From Pseudonocardiaceae bacterium (lineage in GTDB: Bacteria; Actinomycetota; Actinomycetes; Mycobacteriales; Pseudonocardiaceae): a stretch of DNA of 45,455 nt. Every line of letters begins with the position of its first letter. The stretch's first letter is position 1. Shown one piece after another: positions 7,437 through 19,319 of this stretch. Made by a program: the position numbers and the translations under genes. The notes below the pieces were generated by a model that was given only the letters and a program-made list of their open reading frames with translations, was not told where the DNA came from and did not search any database. The DNA lies in contig DASYMC010000012.1 of NCBI GenBank assembly GCA_036009255.1, positions 1 through 45,455 of the forward strand, given 5' to 3'.

Positions 7437-9803
7437 GTGATCGAGCAACAGCGGTTTGCCGTCGAGCCGTGGGCCGTGCGGGAAAGCGGGCTGGACCTCG
7501 CTGCACTGGGCCAAACAGAATCGGTTTTTGCGCTGGCCAACGGGCACATCGGGCTGCGCGGCAACCTCGACGAGGGCGATCCGCACGCGCTGCCGGGGAG
7601 CTACCTCAACTCCTTCTACGAGCTGCGACCGTTGCCTTACCCCGAGGGAGGTTACGGCTATCCCGAGTCCGGTCAGACGATCATCAATGTGACCAACGGT
7701 AAGCTGATCCGGTTGCTGGTCGACGACGAGCCACTGGATGTGCGCTACGGCGAGCTACGCTCACACGAACGCACGCTCGACCTGCGAGCCGGAACGCTCA
7801 GCCGCCGTTTGGAGTGGGTATCCCCCGCCGGCAAGGCGGTGCGGGTGGCCTCGGTGCGGCTGGTGTCGCTGGCCCAGCGAGCTGTGGCGGCGATCAACTA
7901 TGACGTCGAACCGGTCGACGATCCGGTGCTGCTGGTGCTGCAATCCGAGCTATTCGCCAACGAGCAGCTGCCCCCGATCGAAGATGACCCGCGGGTGGCT
8001 GCGGCGCTGTCCGAGCCGCTGGTCGCCGAGCAGTACCGGTGCAACGACACCGGCGCCACACTGCTGCACAGCACCCGGCACTCCGGGTTGCGGATGGCCG
8101 CGGCGATGGATCACGAGGTGACGGGGCCCTCCCGCACGGAGTTCCACTCCTCGGCGACTGAGGACGTCGCGCGGACGACGGTGATCTGCCGGCTGGAGCC
8201 CGGCCAGCGGCTGAGGGTGGTGAAGTACCTCGCCTATGGCTGGTCCTCGCAACGATCGTTCCCGGCGCTCAACGATCAGGTCCGCGCGGCCCTGGCCGCG
8301 GCGCGCTACACGGGCTGGAACGGGCTCACCACCGAACAGCGCCGTTACCTCGACGACTTTTGGGCCGCAGCCGACGTGGAGGTCGAGGGCAACGCGCAGC
8401 TGCAGCAAGCGGTCCGGTTCGCGTCCTTCCACGTTCTGCAGGCAGGTGCGCGGGCGGAAAAGCGAGGAATCGCGGCCAAGGGCCTGACCGGCCCGGGGTA
8501 CGACGGCCATACCTTTTGGGACACCGAGACCTTCGTGCTGCCGATGCTCAGCCACACCGTGCCGGACGCGGCCGCCGATGTACTGCGCTGGCGACAGCAG
8601 ATCCTCCCGCTGGCCCTTGAGCGTGCCGCGCAGCTTGGGCTGGCTGGTGCGGCGTTTCCCTGGCGCACTATCCGGGGCCAGGAATGCTCGGGATACTGGC
8701 CGGCCGGTACCGCGGCCTTCCACGTCAACGCCGATATCGCCGACGCTGCTATCCGCCATGTAACCGCCACCGGCGACGTTGAGTTCGAGCGCGACGTCGC
8801 GCTGGAGCTGCTGGTGCAGACGGCGCGACTGTGGCGCTCGCTGGGGCACCACGACCTGGCGGGCCGCTTCCGCATCGACGGTGTGACCGGGCCGGACGAG
8901 TACAGCGCGCTAGCCGACAACAACGTGTACACCAACCTGATGGCGCAGCGAAACCTACGCGTCGCGGCGGACGTCGTCGCGCGACACTCGGAGCAGGCAA
9001 CCGCCTTAGGTGTCGACTCCGAGGAAGCCGCGTCCTGGCGCGACGCGGCAGCCGAGATGGTCGTGCCCTACGACGAGAAGCTCGGGGTACACCCGCAGGC
9101 GGAGGGTTTCACCGAGCACGCGGTCTGGGACTTCGCCAGTACCAGCCCGGATCAGTACCCGCTGCTGCTGCACTTCCCCTACTTCGATCTGTACCGCAAG
9201 CAGGTGGTGAAACAGGCCGACCTGGTGCTGGCCATGCAGTTGTGTCCGGAAGCGTTCACCGCCGAGCAGAAGGCCCGTAACTTCGCCTACTACGAGCGGA
9301 TCACCGTCCGCGACTCGTCGCTGTCGGCGGCCACTCAGGCCGTGCTGGCAGCTGAGACCGGTCATCTCGATCTGGCGTACGACTACCTGTACGAAACCGC
9401 GCTGGTGGATCTGGCCGATCTAGCGAACAACAGCAGCCACGGCCTGCACATCGCAGCGCTGGCCGGGGCCTGGTCTGTGCTGGTCGCCGGGTTCGGCGGG
9501 ATGCGCCATCTGGACGACGGCGGCCTGGCTTTCGCTCCCCGGCTGCCCGAGGCGTTGACCAGGATCACCTTCCGGTTGCGCTGGCGCGGGCGGCGGTTAC
9601 GGGTGCAGATCGCCCCTGGGCAGGCGGAGTACCGGCTGCTGGAGGGAGCTGAGCTTGCGCTGAGCCACTACGGGCAGCTCATGACGGTCACTGCGGATTC
9701 GCCGCAGGTTGCGCCGATCCCACCAATCGCGCCGCGCGATCAGCTCGCGCAGCCGGTAGGACGTGAGCCTCTCGCTCGCCGGCTACGCGAGGCAGCCAGT
9801 TAG
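7437..9803 (+). CDS. glycoside hydrolase family 65 protein (disaccharide phosphorylase-type, Rv3401-like)
   Basis: 788 aa. The N-terminus FAVEPWAVRE...ESVFALANGHIGLRGNLDEG...YLNSFYE and the overall length match GH65 members. Confidence 0.9.
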   Translation: MIEQQRFAVEPWAVRESGLDLAALGQTESVFALANGHIGLRGNLDEGDPHALPGSYLNSFYELRPLPYPEGGYGYPESGQTIINVTNGKLIRLLVDDEPLDVRYGELRSHERTLDLRAGTLSRRLEWVSPAGKAVRVASVRLVSLAQRAVAAINYDVEPVDDPVLLVLQSELFANEQLPPIEDDPRVAAALSEPLVAEQYRCNDTGATLLHSTRHSGLRMAAAMDHEVTGPSRTEFHSSATEDVARTTVICRLEPGQRLRVVKYLAYGWSSQRSFPALNDQVRAALAAARYTGWNGLTTEQRRYLDDFWAAADVEVEGNAQLQQAVRFASFHVLQAGARAEKRGIAAKGLTGPGYDGHTFWDTETFVLPMLSHTVPDAAADVLRWRQQILPLALERAAQLGLAGAAFPWRTIRGQECSGYWPAGTAAFHVNADIADAAIRHVTATGDVEFERDVALELLVQTARLWRSLGHHDLAGRFRIDGVTGPDEYSALADNNVYTNLMAQRNLRVAADVVARHSEQATALGVDSEEAASWRDAAAEMVVPYDEKLGVHPQAEGFTEHAVWDFASTSPDQYPLLLHFPYFDLYRKQVVKQADLVLAMQLCPEAFTAEQKARNFAYYERITVRDSSLSAATQAVLAAETGHLDLAYDYLYETALVDLADLANNSSHGLHIAALAGAWSVLVAGFGGMRHLDDGGLAFAPRLPEALTRITFRLRWRGRRLRVQIAPGQAEYRLLEGAELALSHYGQLMTVTADSPQVAPIPPIAPRDQLAQPVGREPLARRLREAAS

Positions 9804-10707
9804 CTACCTGGGCCATCCGCCCAGTCCTCCCGCAGAACACGGAGCCGCTGATCGTCCAGCCAGGCTCGCGGGCCTACGTGCTGCACTCGCAGTGATGCCA
9901 CCGCGACGCCCATGCGCAGCATGCGCTCCGGATCAGCGGCGCCCGACGCTCGAGCGAAGGCGACCGCTCCATGCAGTACATCGCCGGCGCCCAGGGTGTC
10001 GCGGACGGTTACCCGTGGTATTTCGATCGTGCCGGTCGCCTCCCGGGTACGCCAGCGCACCGCAGCGGCTCCAGCCGTCATCGCCACCAGCCGGGCGCCC
10101 TCTGCCACCATTGCCTCGCTGACTTCATCAAATCTATCCGGGCCGCCAGCCACGAACCCGGTGGAGCACACCACGGCGTCAGCGAGCGGAACCAGCTCGG
10201 CATATACCGGCTTGGCGCTGCCACAGTCCAGCACTACGGGGATCTCCGCGGCCAGGGCGATCCGTGCGGCGGCCACCGCCAGGTCGGGGTGGTGCCCGTC
10301 GATCAGCACCACGTCGGCGTCCCGGGCCAGCGCCGGCAAGCAGGCGGGCACTGTAACGATCAGGTCTTCGGCATTGCGCGATACCACCGACCTGTCACCG
10401 GTGTCGTTGAGCACGGTGACCGCGGAGATGCTCAGATCCGCACCGCCCGCCCAGGCATCGACGGCGCACACCCCGGCGTGGTCCAGCTCTTTGCCTGCCA
10501 ATCCGCCGAGCGGACCGGGGCCCAGCGCGGAAAGCAGCACACTACGGCCGCCCAGCGCGCTGAACGTTACAGCGGCGACAGCGGCTGGGCCCCCCACCGC
10601 CACGTCGCTGCGCTCGGCGATGATCTTCTCGTTGACCCCGGGTCGCTGAGCCACCCGGTGAACCAGATCCAGAGTGGTAAGGCCGACGAATAACCCGCGC
10701 GGTGACA

Positions 10708-10708
<1 letters not shown>
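9800..10708 (-). CDS. PfkB-family carbohydrate kinase
   Basis: DTLGAGDVLHGA is the PfkB signature 2. ATG at 10708 gives MSPRGLFVGLTTLDLV and shares 1 nt with the upstream MFS stop (TGATG). The 379-aa ORF-track version is a 5' extension into the MFS gene. The 3' end overlaps the GH65 stop by 4 nt (convergent). Confidence 0.8.
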
Positions 10709-13423
<2,715 letters not shown>

Positions 13424-13470
13424 CGGCGCCGGTCGATGGTCTGCGATATCACCGGCGCGGGCGGGAAATA

Positions 13471-13569
13471 TGCGCGAGGAGATCGAGTTCCTGCTCAACG
13501 TGGCTCGCTTCCACGCCAGCCCGCTGCCTGCCGAGTTCGTCGCCAACCATCCCGTGGAGGTCGGGTGAT
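13471..13569 (+). other. 32-codon ORF, probable 3' remnant of an unidentified gene
   Basis: Encodes MREEIEFLLNVARFHASPLPAEFVANHPVEVG. Its stop overlaps (GTGA) the start of the following hydrolase fragment, as in an ancestral operon junction. Confidence 0.3.
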
Positions 13570-13817
13570 ACCCATCCACGGCAGCACCGAACCCCGGTTT
13601 CAGGCCGTCCGTGACGCCTTCACTGCCAACTTCCGCGATCACTGAGAAGTAGGCGCCGCCTATGTGTCTACACCTCCGCGGCCGCCGAGTAGTGGACCTG
13701 TGGGGCGGCATCGCTGTCCTCACCACCGGCACTCCCTGGGCCGAGGACACTCTCCAGTACGTCTTCTCCACCACCAAGGGTTTCACGGCACCTGCGCCCA
13801 CCTCTTGGTGCAGCGAG
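13565..13817 (+). pseudogene. beta-lactamase/esterase-family serine hydrolase, N-terminal fragment with frameshifts
   Basis: Frame 1 reads VIPIHGSTEPRFQAVRDAFTANFRDH then a stop. Other frames read EVGAAYV, RRVVDLWGG...TLQYVFSTTKGF (a Ser-x-x-Lys motif) and TCAHLLVQRG. Reading through needs at least 2 frame changes. The fragment is truncated where the guaB1 copy begins. Confidence 0.6.
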
Positions 13818-13818
13818 G

Positions 13819-13938
13819 CGACCCTATAAAGAGACCTACGGGATGGCCTCCAAGCGAGCTATCCGAGCGGGCCGTGATCGGAGTGCAGTGGGCGGCCGGG
13901 TTCGCCGAGGGGCGCCCATTACCGGCGGTTGATGACGG
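13819..13938 (+). pseudogene. decayed second copy of the guaB1 3' end (internally deleted)
   Basis: 13819-13856 matches 13118-13155 (38 nt, 1 mismatch). 13856-13938 matches 13343-13426 (6 substitutions plus a 1-nt deletion). The internal 187 nt are missing. Confidence 0.85.
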
Positions 13939-14044
13939 CCCGCTGCGCGATCAGAACTGGGCGCGATCCCTTCACCGACCGGACGGCGAGGTCTCACGCC
14001 GACCCACTATGTTGGCTCAAGTCCCGACGTAGCTAAGGAAATCT

Positions 14045-15790
14045 ATGGCCCATCGAATACCTGCGCGTCGCCTTATCCGTGCTTTAGCTGTCCTGTGTGC
14101 CGTTCTTGTTGTTGGTTGCGGCACCACTTCAGCGCCGTCGACCAGTGCGGCACAAACAGCTGACAACGCTGAATGGACTAAGCACGTCCGCGAGTTCGAG
14201 AATCGCTACTTCGCCTTGAACCCACCGTTCGCCGTCCAGCAGGGCCGGCATGAATACGATGGTCGCTTGCCAGACTGGACCGCAGCCGGCATCCGGGCCG
14301 AGGCACAGTGGTTGCATGGGCAGCGCACGCAGGCTGAGACGTTCGATCAGAATACGCTGAGCGCCTCCCAGCGCTTCGAGCGTCAATACCTGCTCTCGCA
14401 CGTCGATACGGACCTATTTTGGCTGGAAGAGGCGGAGCAGCCGTTCACGAATCCGGCATTCTATCTTGGCGCCCTCGACCCAAGCGTGTATCTCACCCGC
14501 CCATACGCTCCTGCCGAAGCGCGCCTCAAAGCATTCGTCGGCTACGCGCGCGCCGTGCCCGCTGCCGCTGCACAGATCCGAGCGAACCTGCGCACGCCGC
14601 TGCCGAAGAGCTTTATCAAGTACGGCGTTGATGGCTTCGGAGGATTTCCGGATTTCTACCGCAAGGATGTGCCGAAGATCTTTGCCGAAGTGAAAGATCC
14701 TGCGCTACAGGCCGACCTGACCACCGCGGTGGAACCGGCTGCGCGGGCGATGCAGGACCTCGCGGACTGGCTCTCCAGCGGCAATCCCCAAGCCACCGAG
14801 AATTTCGCGCTCGGTTCGGCCAAGTTCGCCGACATGCTGCGCATGACCGAGCGCGTCACCACACCGATCGCTGAGTTGGAGCGCGCGGGCCGCGCCGATC
14901 TCGACCGCAACATCACCGCCCTCAAGCAGGCCTGCGCGGTATACCTGCCGGGTGGCACGATCGAGGCTTGCGTCGCCAAGGTAAACGCTGACAAACCAAG
15001 CGGCGGTGCGGTGGAAGGCGCACGTGCCCAACTCGGCATGCTCCGCCAGTTCGTTGTCGACCACAACCTCGTCGGCATTCCAGGTACCGAGCAAGCGCTG
15101 GTCGCGGAAGCGCCACCCTACCAACGCTCAAACTTCGCATACATCGACATTCCTGGCCCCTACGACAAGGGCATGCCTTCGGTCTATTACATCGCGCCGC
15201 CAGATCCAACGTGGTCCAAGGCCGATCAGGACGCCTACGTACCGGGTCAGTCGATTCTGCTCTTCACCTCCGCGCACGAGGTGTGGCCGGGGCACTTCGT
15301 ACAGTTCTTGCACGCGAACCGCTCTGCATCCGAGTTCGGCCAGCTGTTTGTCGGCTACGCATACGCAGAAGGATGGGCCCATTACAGCGAGGAGATGATG
15401 TGGGAAGCGGGATTCGGTAACGGAGCACCGGAGGCGCACATCGGCCAACTCAGCGAGGCACTGCTGCGTAATGTGCGCTTTCTGTGTGCAATAGGTCTGC
15501 ACACGCAGGGCATGAGCATGGCTACCTGCGAGACGATGTTCCGCGAACAGGCTTATCAAGATCCCGGCGGGGCCCGCCAGCAGGCGACCCGCGGTACCTA
15601 CGACCCAGGTTATCTTAATTATACGATGGGCAAGCTTATGATCCGCAAGCTGCGTGCAGACTGGACCGCGACCCACGGAGGGCGCACCGGTTGGCGCGCG
15701 TTCCACGATCAATTCCTGTCCTACGGCGGACCGCCGATCCCCCTGGTACGCGAGCAAATGCTCGGAACAGCGCAAGGAGACCTGTTCTAG
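14045..15790 (+). CDS. DUF885-family lipoprotein
   Basis: Signal peptide with lipobox LVVGC. HEVWPGHFVQ is the HExxPGH motif typical of DUF885. AAGGAA lies upstream of the ATG. G+C is visibly lower than in neighbouring genes. Confidence 0.8.
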   Translation: MAHRIPARRLIRALAVLCAVLVVGCGTTSAPSTSAAQTADNAEWTKHVREFENRYFALNPPFAVQQGRHEYDGRLPDWTAAGIRAEAQWLHGQRTQAETFDQNTLSASQRFERQYLLSHVDTDLFWLEEAEQPFTNPAFYLGALDPSVYLTRPYAPAEARLKAFVGYARAVPAAAAQIRANLRTPLPKSFIKYGVDGFGGFPDFYRKDVPKIFAEVKDPALQADLTTAVEPAARAMQDLADWLSSGNPQATENFALGSAKFADMLRMTERVTTPIAELERAGRADLDRNITALKQACAVYLPGGTIEACVAKVNADKPSGGAVEGARAQLGMLRQFVVDHNLVGIPGTEQALVAEAPPYQRSNFAYIDIPGPYDKGMPSVYYIAPPDPTWSKADQDAYVPGQSILLFTSAHEVWPGHFVQFLHANRSASEFGQLFVGYAYAEGWAHYSEEMMWEAGFGNGAPEAHIGQLSEALLRNVRFLCAIGLHTQGMSMATCETMFREQAYQDPGGARQQATRGTYDPGYLNYTMGKLMIRKLRADWTATHGGRTGWRAFHDQFLSYGGPPIPLVREQMLGTAQGDLF

Positions 15791-15832
15791 CTCGGAACAA
15801 CCCGTTTCGGCGCCGCATCGCATCCAGAATCG

Positions 15833-16663
15833 TCAGCGAACATGTCCACGGCGGAGCAGATCCTGGAGTGCCGCGGCGGCCGGATCGCAGTCTGCCGTCT
15901 CGCCGAGCGGGTGCGATATGGCCCCCGGTACGACCGGCTGCTGGCCGTCGGCCCGGTAACAGTTCACCCGCCGCCAGCCACCGATGTCCGGCACCATCAG
16001 CGCGGCCACCGGGCGCAGTCGCTCCGGGCGCAGCCGCACCGACCAGCCTTGGTCCATCAGCCGGCACAGTGCAAGGGCGCTACGCTCCCCCGGTCCGCGC
16101 AGGCCCCCGGGCAGACTCAGTCCCGCCGAGGTCGGAACCAGCGCGAGGTTGGAATCGCTCGTCCGCAGCCAAGCGACCTCCTCGCGGAGGTCACCGCCTC
16201 CGTCGGGCCGCCAAGCGGCGATGTGGTCCAGCAGCTGCGCGGGATCGTCGGCCCGAAGCAATGGTGCGCTCAGGAGATCTGCCCGCTCAAGCGCGTCAAG
16301 CTGTTCGGCCAGCGGATTGAGCAAGCCCGCTAGGTCCAGAACGCCGCACGGCTTGTCACCCAGTCCCAGCGCCTGCTCAGTGAGCAGCGCAAGAAGGTCA
16401 GCCAGTACGTCGACCCCGCCGGGCAGCACCACGACAGCGTCGGATAGCAGCCGAACCAGCTCCAGCCGCTCAACCGGTCCGTCGGCTGCTCGGCGGTCGG
16501 CGGCGCAGCTGACCGGTTCACTGCCCCGCGGGAACACCTCCACGACATCGGATCCGGGCTCGAGAGCGTTGGGAGGGACCGGCACCAGCATCCCGAGCAC
16601 CATAGCATCGCCGATCCAGCTCCTTCCCCAACCGCCGGAGGGCATCATCGAGTGCTGCCCCAC
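15833..16663 (-). CDS. degenerate LOG-like protein with C-terminal Nudix-like domain (possibly a pseudogene)
   Basis: Has high GC3 on this strand, while the overlapping + strand ORFs are R/S/P-rich. VVVLPGGVDVLADLL sits where the LOG PGGxGTxxE motif would be, followed by GDKPCGVLD. The C-terminal LPGGLRGPGERSALALCRLMDQG keeps the G-x5-E-x7-R spacing of a Nudix box. A LOG-like N-terminal strand-helix is encoded in another frame at 16640-16739. Confidence 0.5.
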   Translation of the reverse strand: MGQHSMMPSGGWGRSWIGDAMVLGMLVPVPPNALEPGSDVVEVFPRGSEPVSCAADRRAADGPVERLELVRLLSDAVVVLPGGVDVLADLLALLTEQALGLGDKPCGVLDLAGLLNPLAEQLDALERADLLSAPLLRADDPAQLLDHIAAWRPDGGGDLREEVAWLRTSDSNLALVPTSAGLSLPGGLRGPGERSALALCRLMDQGWSVRLRPERLRPVAALMVPDIGGWRRVNCYRADGQQPVVPGAISHPLGETADCDPAAAALQDLLRRGHVR

Positions 16664-16745
16664 GGCTCGGCCAGGCGCCCCCGACTACACCGATCCACAC
16701 GAACAGACACGTTAGCCCGATGGCCGCGCTATGGCGCAACTGGAG

Positions 16746-16774
16746 TTCGACAACCCCTCATTCAACCGTAGAAT
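16746..16774 (+). promoter_or_regulatory. candidate sigma-A type promoter (TTCGAC N17 TAGAAT) for the DUF21-CBS genes
   Basis: Hexamers read at 16746-16751 and 16769-16774 with a 17-nt spacer, 70-120 nt upstream of the candidate start codons. Confidence 0.35.
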
Positions 16775-16886
16775 CGGCTGCACCCTGACCCACGAGGAGT
16801 GTGACGAACCCGGTGCCTGCAGCAGCAACGCCTGGCTGTAGTAGGTGGCCGGGCCACTGGCCCGGCCACCCCTACTCACCGCGTTC

Positions 16887-18254
16887 ATGGACCATGTGAT
16901 GGATGTGCTGCGCAGCATCTGGGATCTGTTCTGGAGCCCATTCTGGAGCCTATTCGGCTTGGCCGCGCTGACCGCAGGAACCTTCGTCTTCGTTGCCGGC
17001 GAATTCGCCCTGACCACGCTGGAACGCAGCACTGTCGATGCGCATGTCCAGCAGGTCGGTGACCGCCGGGCGCGCCAGGTGCAGCATGCCCGCAGCACAT
17101 TGTCATTCCAGCTTTCCGGAGCTCAGGTCGGCATCACGATTACCACCCTGCTCACCGGGTACATCGCCCAGCCCGCCATCGCAGAGTTGATCCGGCCGGG
17201 CATAGCGGCCATCGGACTCCCCCTCAGCGCCGCGAGCGCGGTGTCGGTGGGGATCGGGTTAGCACTGGCCACAGCGTTGTCGATGGTGTTCGGCGAACTT
17301 GTCCCGCAGAATCTGGCCATTTCCCGGCCACTACAGACCGCCCGGCAGGTCGCTGGAGTACTGAATGCGTTCTCCGTCGCGTTCCGGTGGCTGATCTCCG
17401 CACTGAACGGTTCCGCGAACTGGATTGTGCGTCGGCTGGGTATCGAACCGGCCGAGGACCTGCGCTCGGCACGCTCTCCGCAGGAGCTCGGTTCGCTGGT
17501 GCGCAGCAGCGCGCAGCACGGCACCCTGGACGAGGGCACCGCTACCCTGCTGGATCGCTCGCTGCGCTTCGGTGAACGCACCGCTGAGGAACTGATGACG
17601 CCCCGGATGCAGATTGAGGCACTGCGCGCGGACGAGCCGGTACTCGCCTTGGTCGACGCCGCCCGGCGATCCGGATTCTCCCGCTTCCCGGTCTATGGCA
17701 GCGACCTCGACGATGTGCGTGGCGTGGTTCACGTCAAGCAGGCCTTCGCGGTGCAAGCCGCCAACCGCGCCACCATCCGGGTCAGCACACTGGCCAGCCA
17801 GGTCCCCATCGTGCCGAGTTCGCTGGACGGAGATGCGCTGCTCGACGCGCTGCGCGGCCAGGGCCTCCAAGTGGCGATCGTGGTCGACGAGTACGGCGGT
17901 ACCGCGGGCATGGTCACCCTCGAGGATCTGGTCGAGGAGATTGTCGGTGACGTCCGCGACGAACATGATCGACTCGAGGTCTCTCAGGTTCAGGCACTGG
18001 ACGAGCGGAGCTGGATCATCTCCGGTCTCTTACGCGCAGATGAGGTCGCCGACGCTGTCGGACTCGTGATGCCTGAGGGCGGCTACGAGACGGTGGCCGG
18101 ATTGGTACTGGAACGGCTGGGCCGGATTCCAGACGTCGGTGACGAGATCGAGCTCGACGGGTGGCGGCTGACCGTGACGCGGATGGATCGCCGCCGCATC
18201 GCCGATCTCCGGCTCACTCGGGCCACTACACTCGCCGGGCAGGTGGCCCCGTGA
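16887..18254 (+). CDS. hemolysin-family membrane protein (DUF21 + CBS pair + CorC_HlyC), Rv1842c-like
   Basis: Has the [19 protein letters not shown]21 start, a CBS pair and a C-terminal transporter-associated domain. Start ambiguous among GTG 16845, ATG 16887 and ATG 16899. Confidence 0.85.
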   Translation: MDHVMDVLRSIWDLFWSPFWSLFGLAALTAGTFVFVAGEFALTTLERSTVDAHVQQVGDRRARQVQHARSTLSFQLSGAQVGITITTLLTGYIAQPAIAELIRPGIAAIGLPLSAASAVSVGIGLALATALSMVFGELVPQNLAISRPLQTARQVAGVLNAFSVAFRWLISALNGSANWIVRRLGIEPAEDLRSARSPQELGSLVRSSAQHGTLDEGTATLLDRSLRFGERTAEELMTPRMQIEALRADEPVLALVDAARRSGFSRFPVYGSDLDDVRGVVHVKQAFAVQAANRATIRVSTLASQVPIVPSSLDGDALLDALRGQGLQVAIVVDEYGGTAGMVTLEDLVEEIVGDVRDEHDRLEVSQVQALDERSWIISGLLRADEVADAVGLVMPEGGYETVAGLVLERLGRIPDVGDEIELDGWRLTVTRMDRRRIADLRLTRATTLAGQVAP

Positions 18255-19285
18255 ACGCCGCCGCGCTGCTCGTCTCGCTGTTACTACTCGCCGGTAACGC
18301 ATTCTTCGTCGGTGCCGAGTTCGCCCTCATCAGTGCCCGGCGAGATCGATTGGAGGCGCTGGCCAAGAGTGGGGTGGCGCGAGCTCGTACCGTGATCCGG
18401 GCTGGGGAGAGGTTGCCGCTGATGCTGGCCGCGGCACAACTCGGGATCACGATCAGCTCCCTGGTGCTGGGTGCGCTGGCTGAGCCCGCCGTTGCCCACC
18501 TGCTGGAGCGGCTGACCGACCCGCTCGGGGTGCCCGACGCGGCCCTGCACACGATTGCGTTCGTCGTCGCGCTGGGGATCGTCACGGTGGCGCACATCCT
18601 GCTCGGCGAGATGGTGCCCAAGAACATCGCCATCGCAGGTCCAGAGCGCACCGCGCTGTGGATGGTGCCGCCGCTGGTCGCCTTCACGCGCGTGACCCGA
18701 CCCGTCATCGCGCTGTTCAGCCAGGCCGCGCGGCTGGTGTTGCATCTGTTCGGCGTAGCGCCCCGCGACGAGCTGGACAGCGCGTACAGTCCCGATGAGT
18801 TGACCAACCTGATCGCCGACTCCAGCCGCGAGGGGCTGCTGGACAGCCAGGAACACCGCAGGCTGACGCAAACCTTGTCAACGAGGGAGCGAACCGTCGC
18901 CGACGTGTTGGTTCCGATTTCCAGACTGACCACGGTGCCCGCCGAACCCACCCTGGGCGACATCGAGCGAGCTGTGGCGCAAACCGGCTTCTCCCGCTTT
19001 CCGCTGCGAACCAACAGCCAGTTGGTGGGCTACCTGCACGTGAAGGACGTGCTACCGCTGCTCGGCAAGCCGCCGGACACACCGGTGCCCTCAAGCAGCG
19101 CACGTCCGCTACCCGAAGTGCCCGTTAGTGCGAGGTTCGAGGAAGCGCTGGCCTTGCTGCGGCGCTCACGTAGCCACCTGGCCAGGGTCGTGGGCGCCGA
19201 TGGGAGCACCCTCGGGGTGATCGCTCTGGAGGACCTGGTCGAGGAATATGTCGGCACTGTGCGTGATGGAACTCACGTCTCGTGA
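18251..19285 (+). CDS. DUF21 + CBS pair membrane protein, Rv1841c-like
   Basis: GTG 18251 overlaps the upstream stop (GTGA). Carries NAFFVGAEFALISARR. No CorC domain. 344 aa. Confidence 0.85.
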   Translation: MNAAALLVSLLLLAGNAFFVGAEFALISARRDRLEALAKSGVARARTVIRAGERLPLMLAAAQLGITISSLVLGALAEPAVAHLLERLTDPLGVPDAALHTIAFVVALGIVTVAHILLGEMVPKNIAIAGPERTALWMVPPLVAFTRVTRPVIALFSQAARLVLHLFGVAPRDELDSAYSPDELTNLIADSSREGLLDSQEHRRLTQTLSTRERTVADVLVPISRLTTVPAEPTLGDIERAVAQTGFSRFPLRTNSQLVGYLHVKDVLPLLGKPPDTPVPSSSARPLPEVPVSARFEEALALLRRSRSHLARVVGADGSTLGVIALEDLVEEYVGTVRDGTHVS

Positions 19286-19319
19286 CGATACAGCGCGAGC
19301 CACTCGCCGCCGATCGTCA

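Noticed and set aside
7388-7440. Apparent short uORF ending in a GTGA overlap with the GH65 start
   Set aside because: On codon-by-codon reading, the ATG 7388 frame does not stop at 7438-7440. It continues as the spurious 148-aa ORF 7256-7702.
15691-16715. + strand ORFs 15691-16320 and 15984-16715, as alternatives to the minus-strand LOG-like gene
   Set aside because: Their translations are extreme Arg/Ser/Pro runs. The minus-strand frame has high GC3 and recognisable LOG-like and Nudix-like segments.
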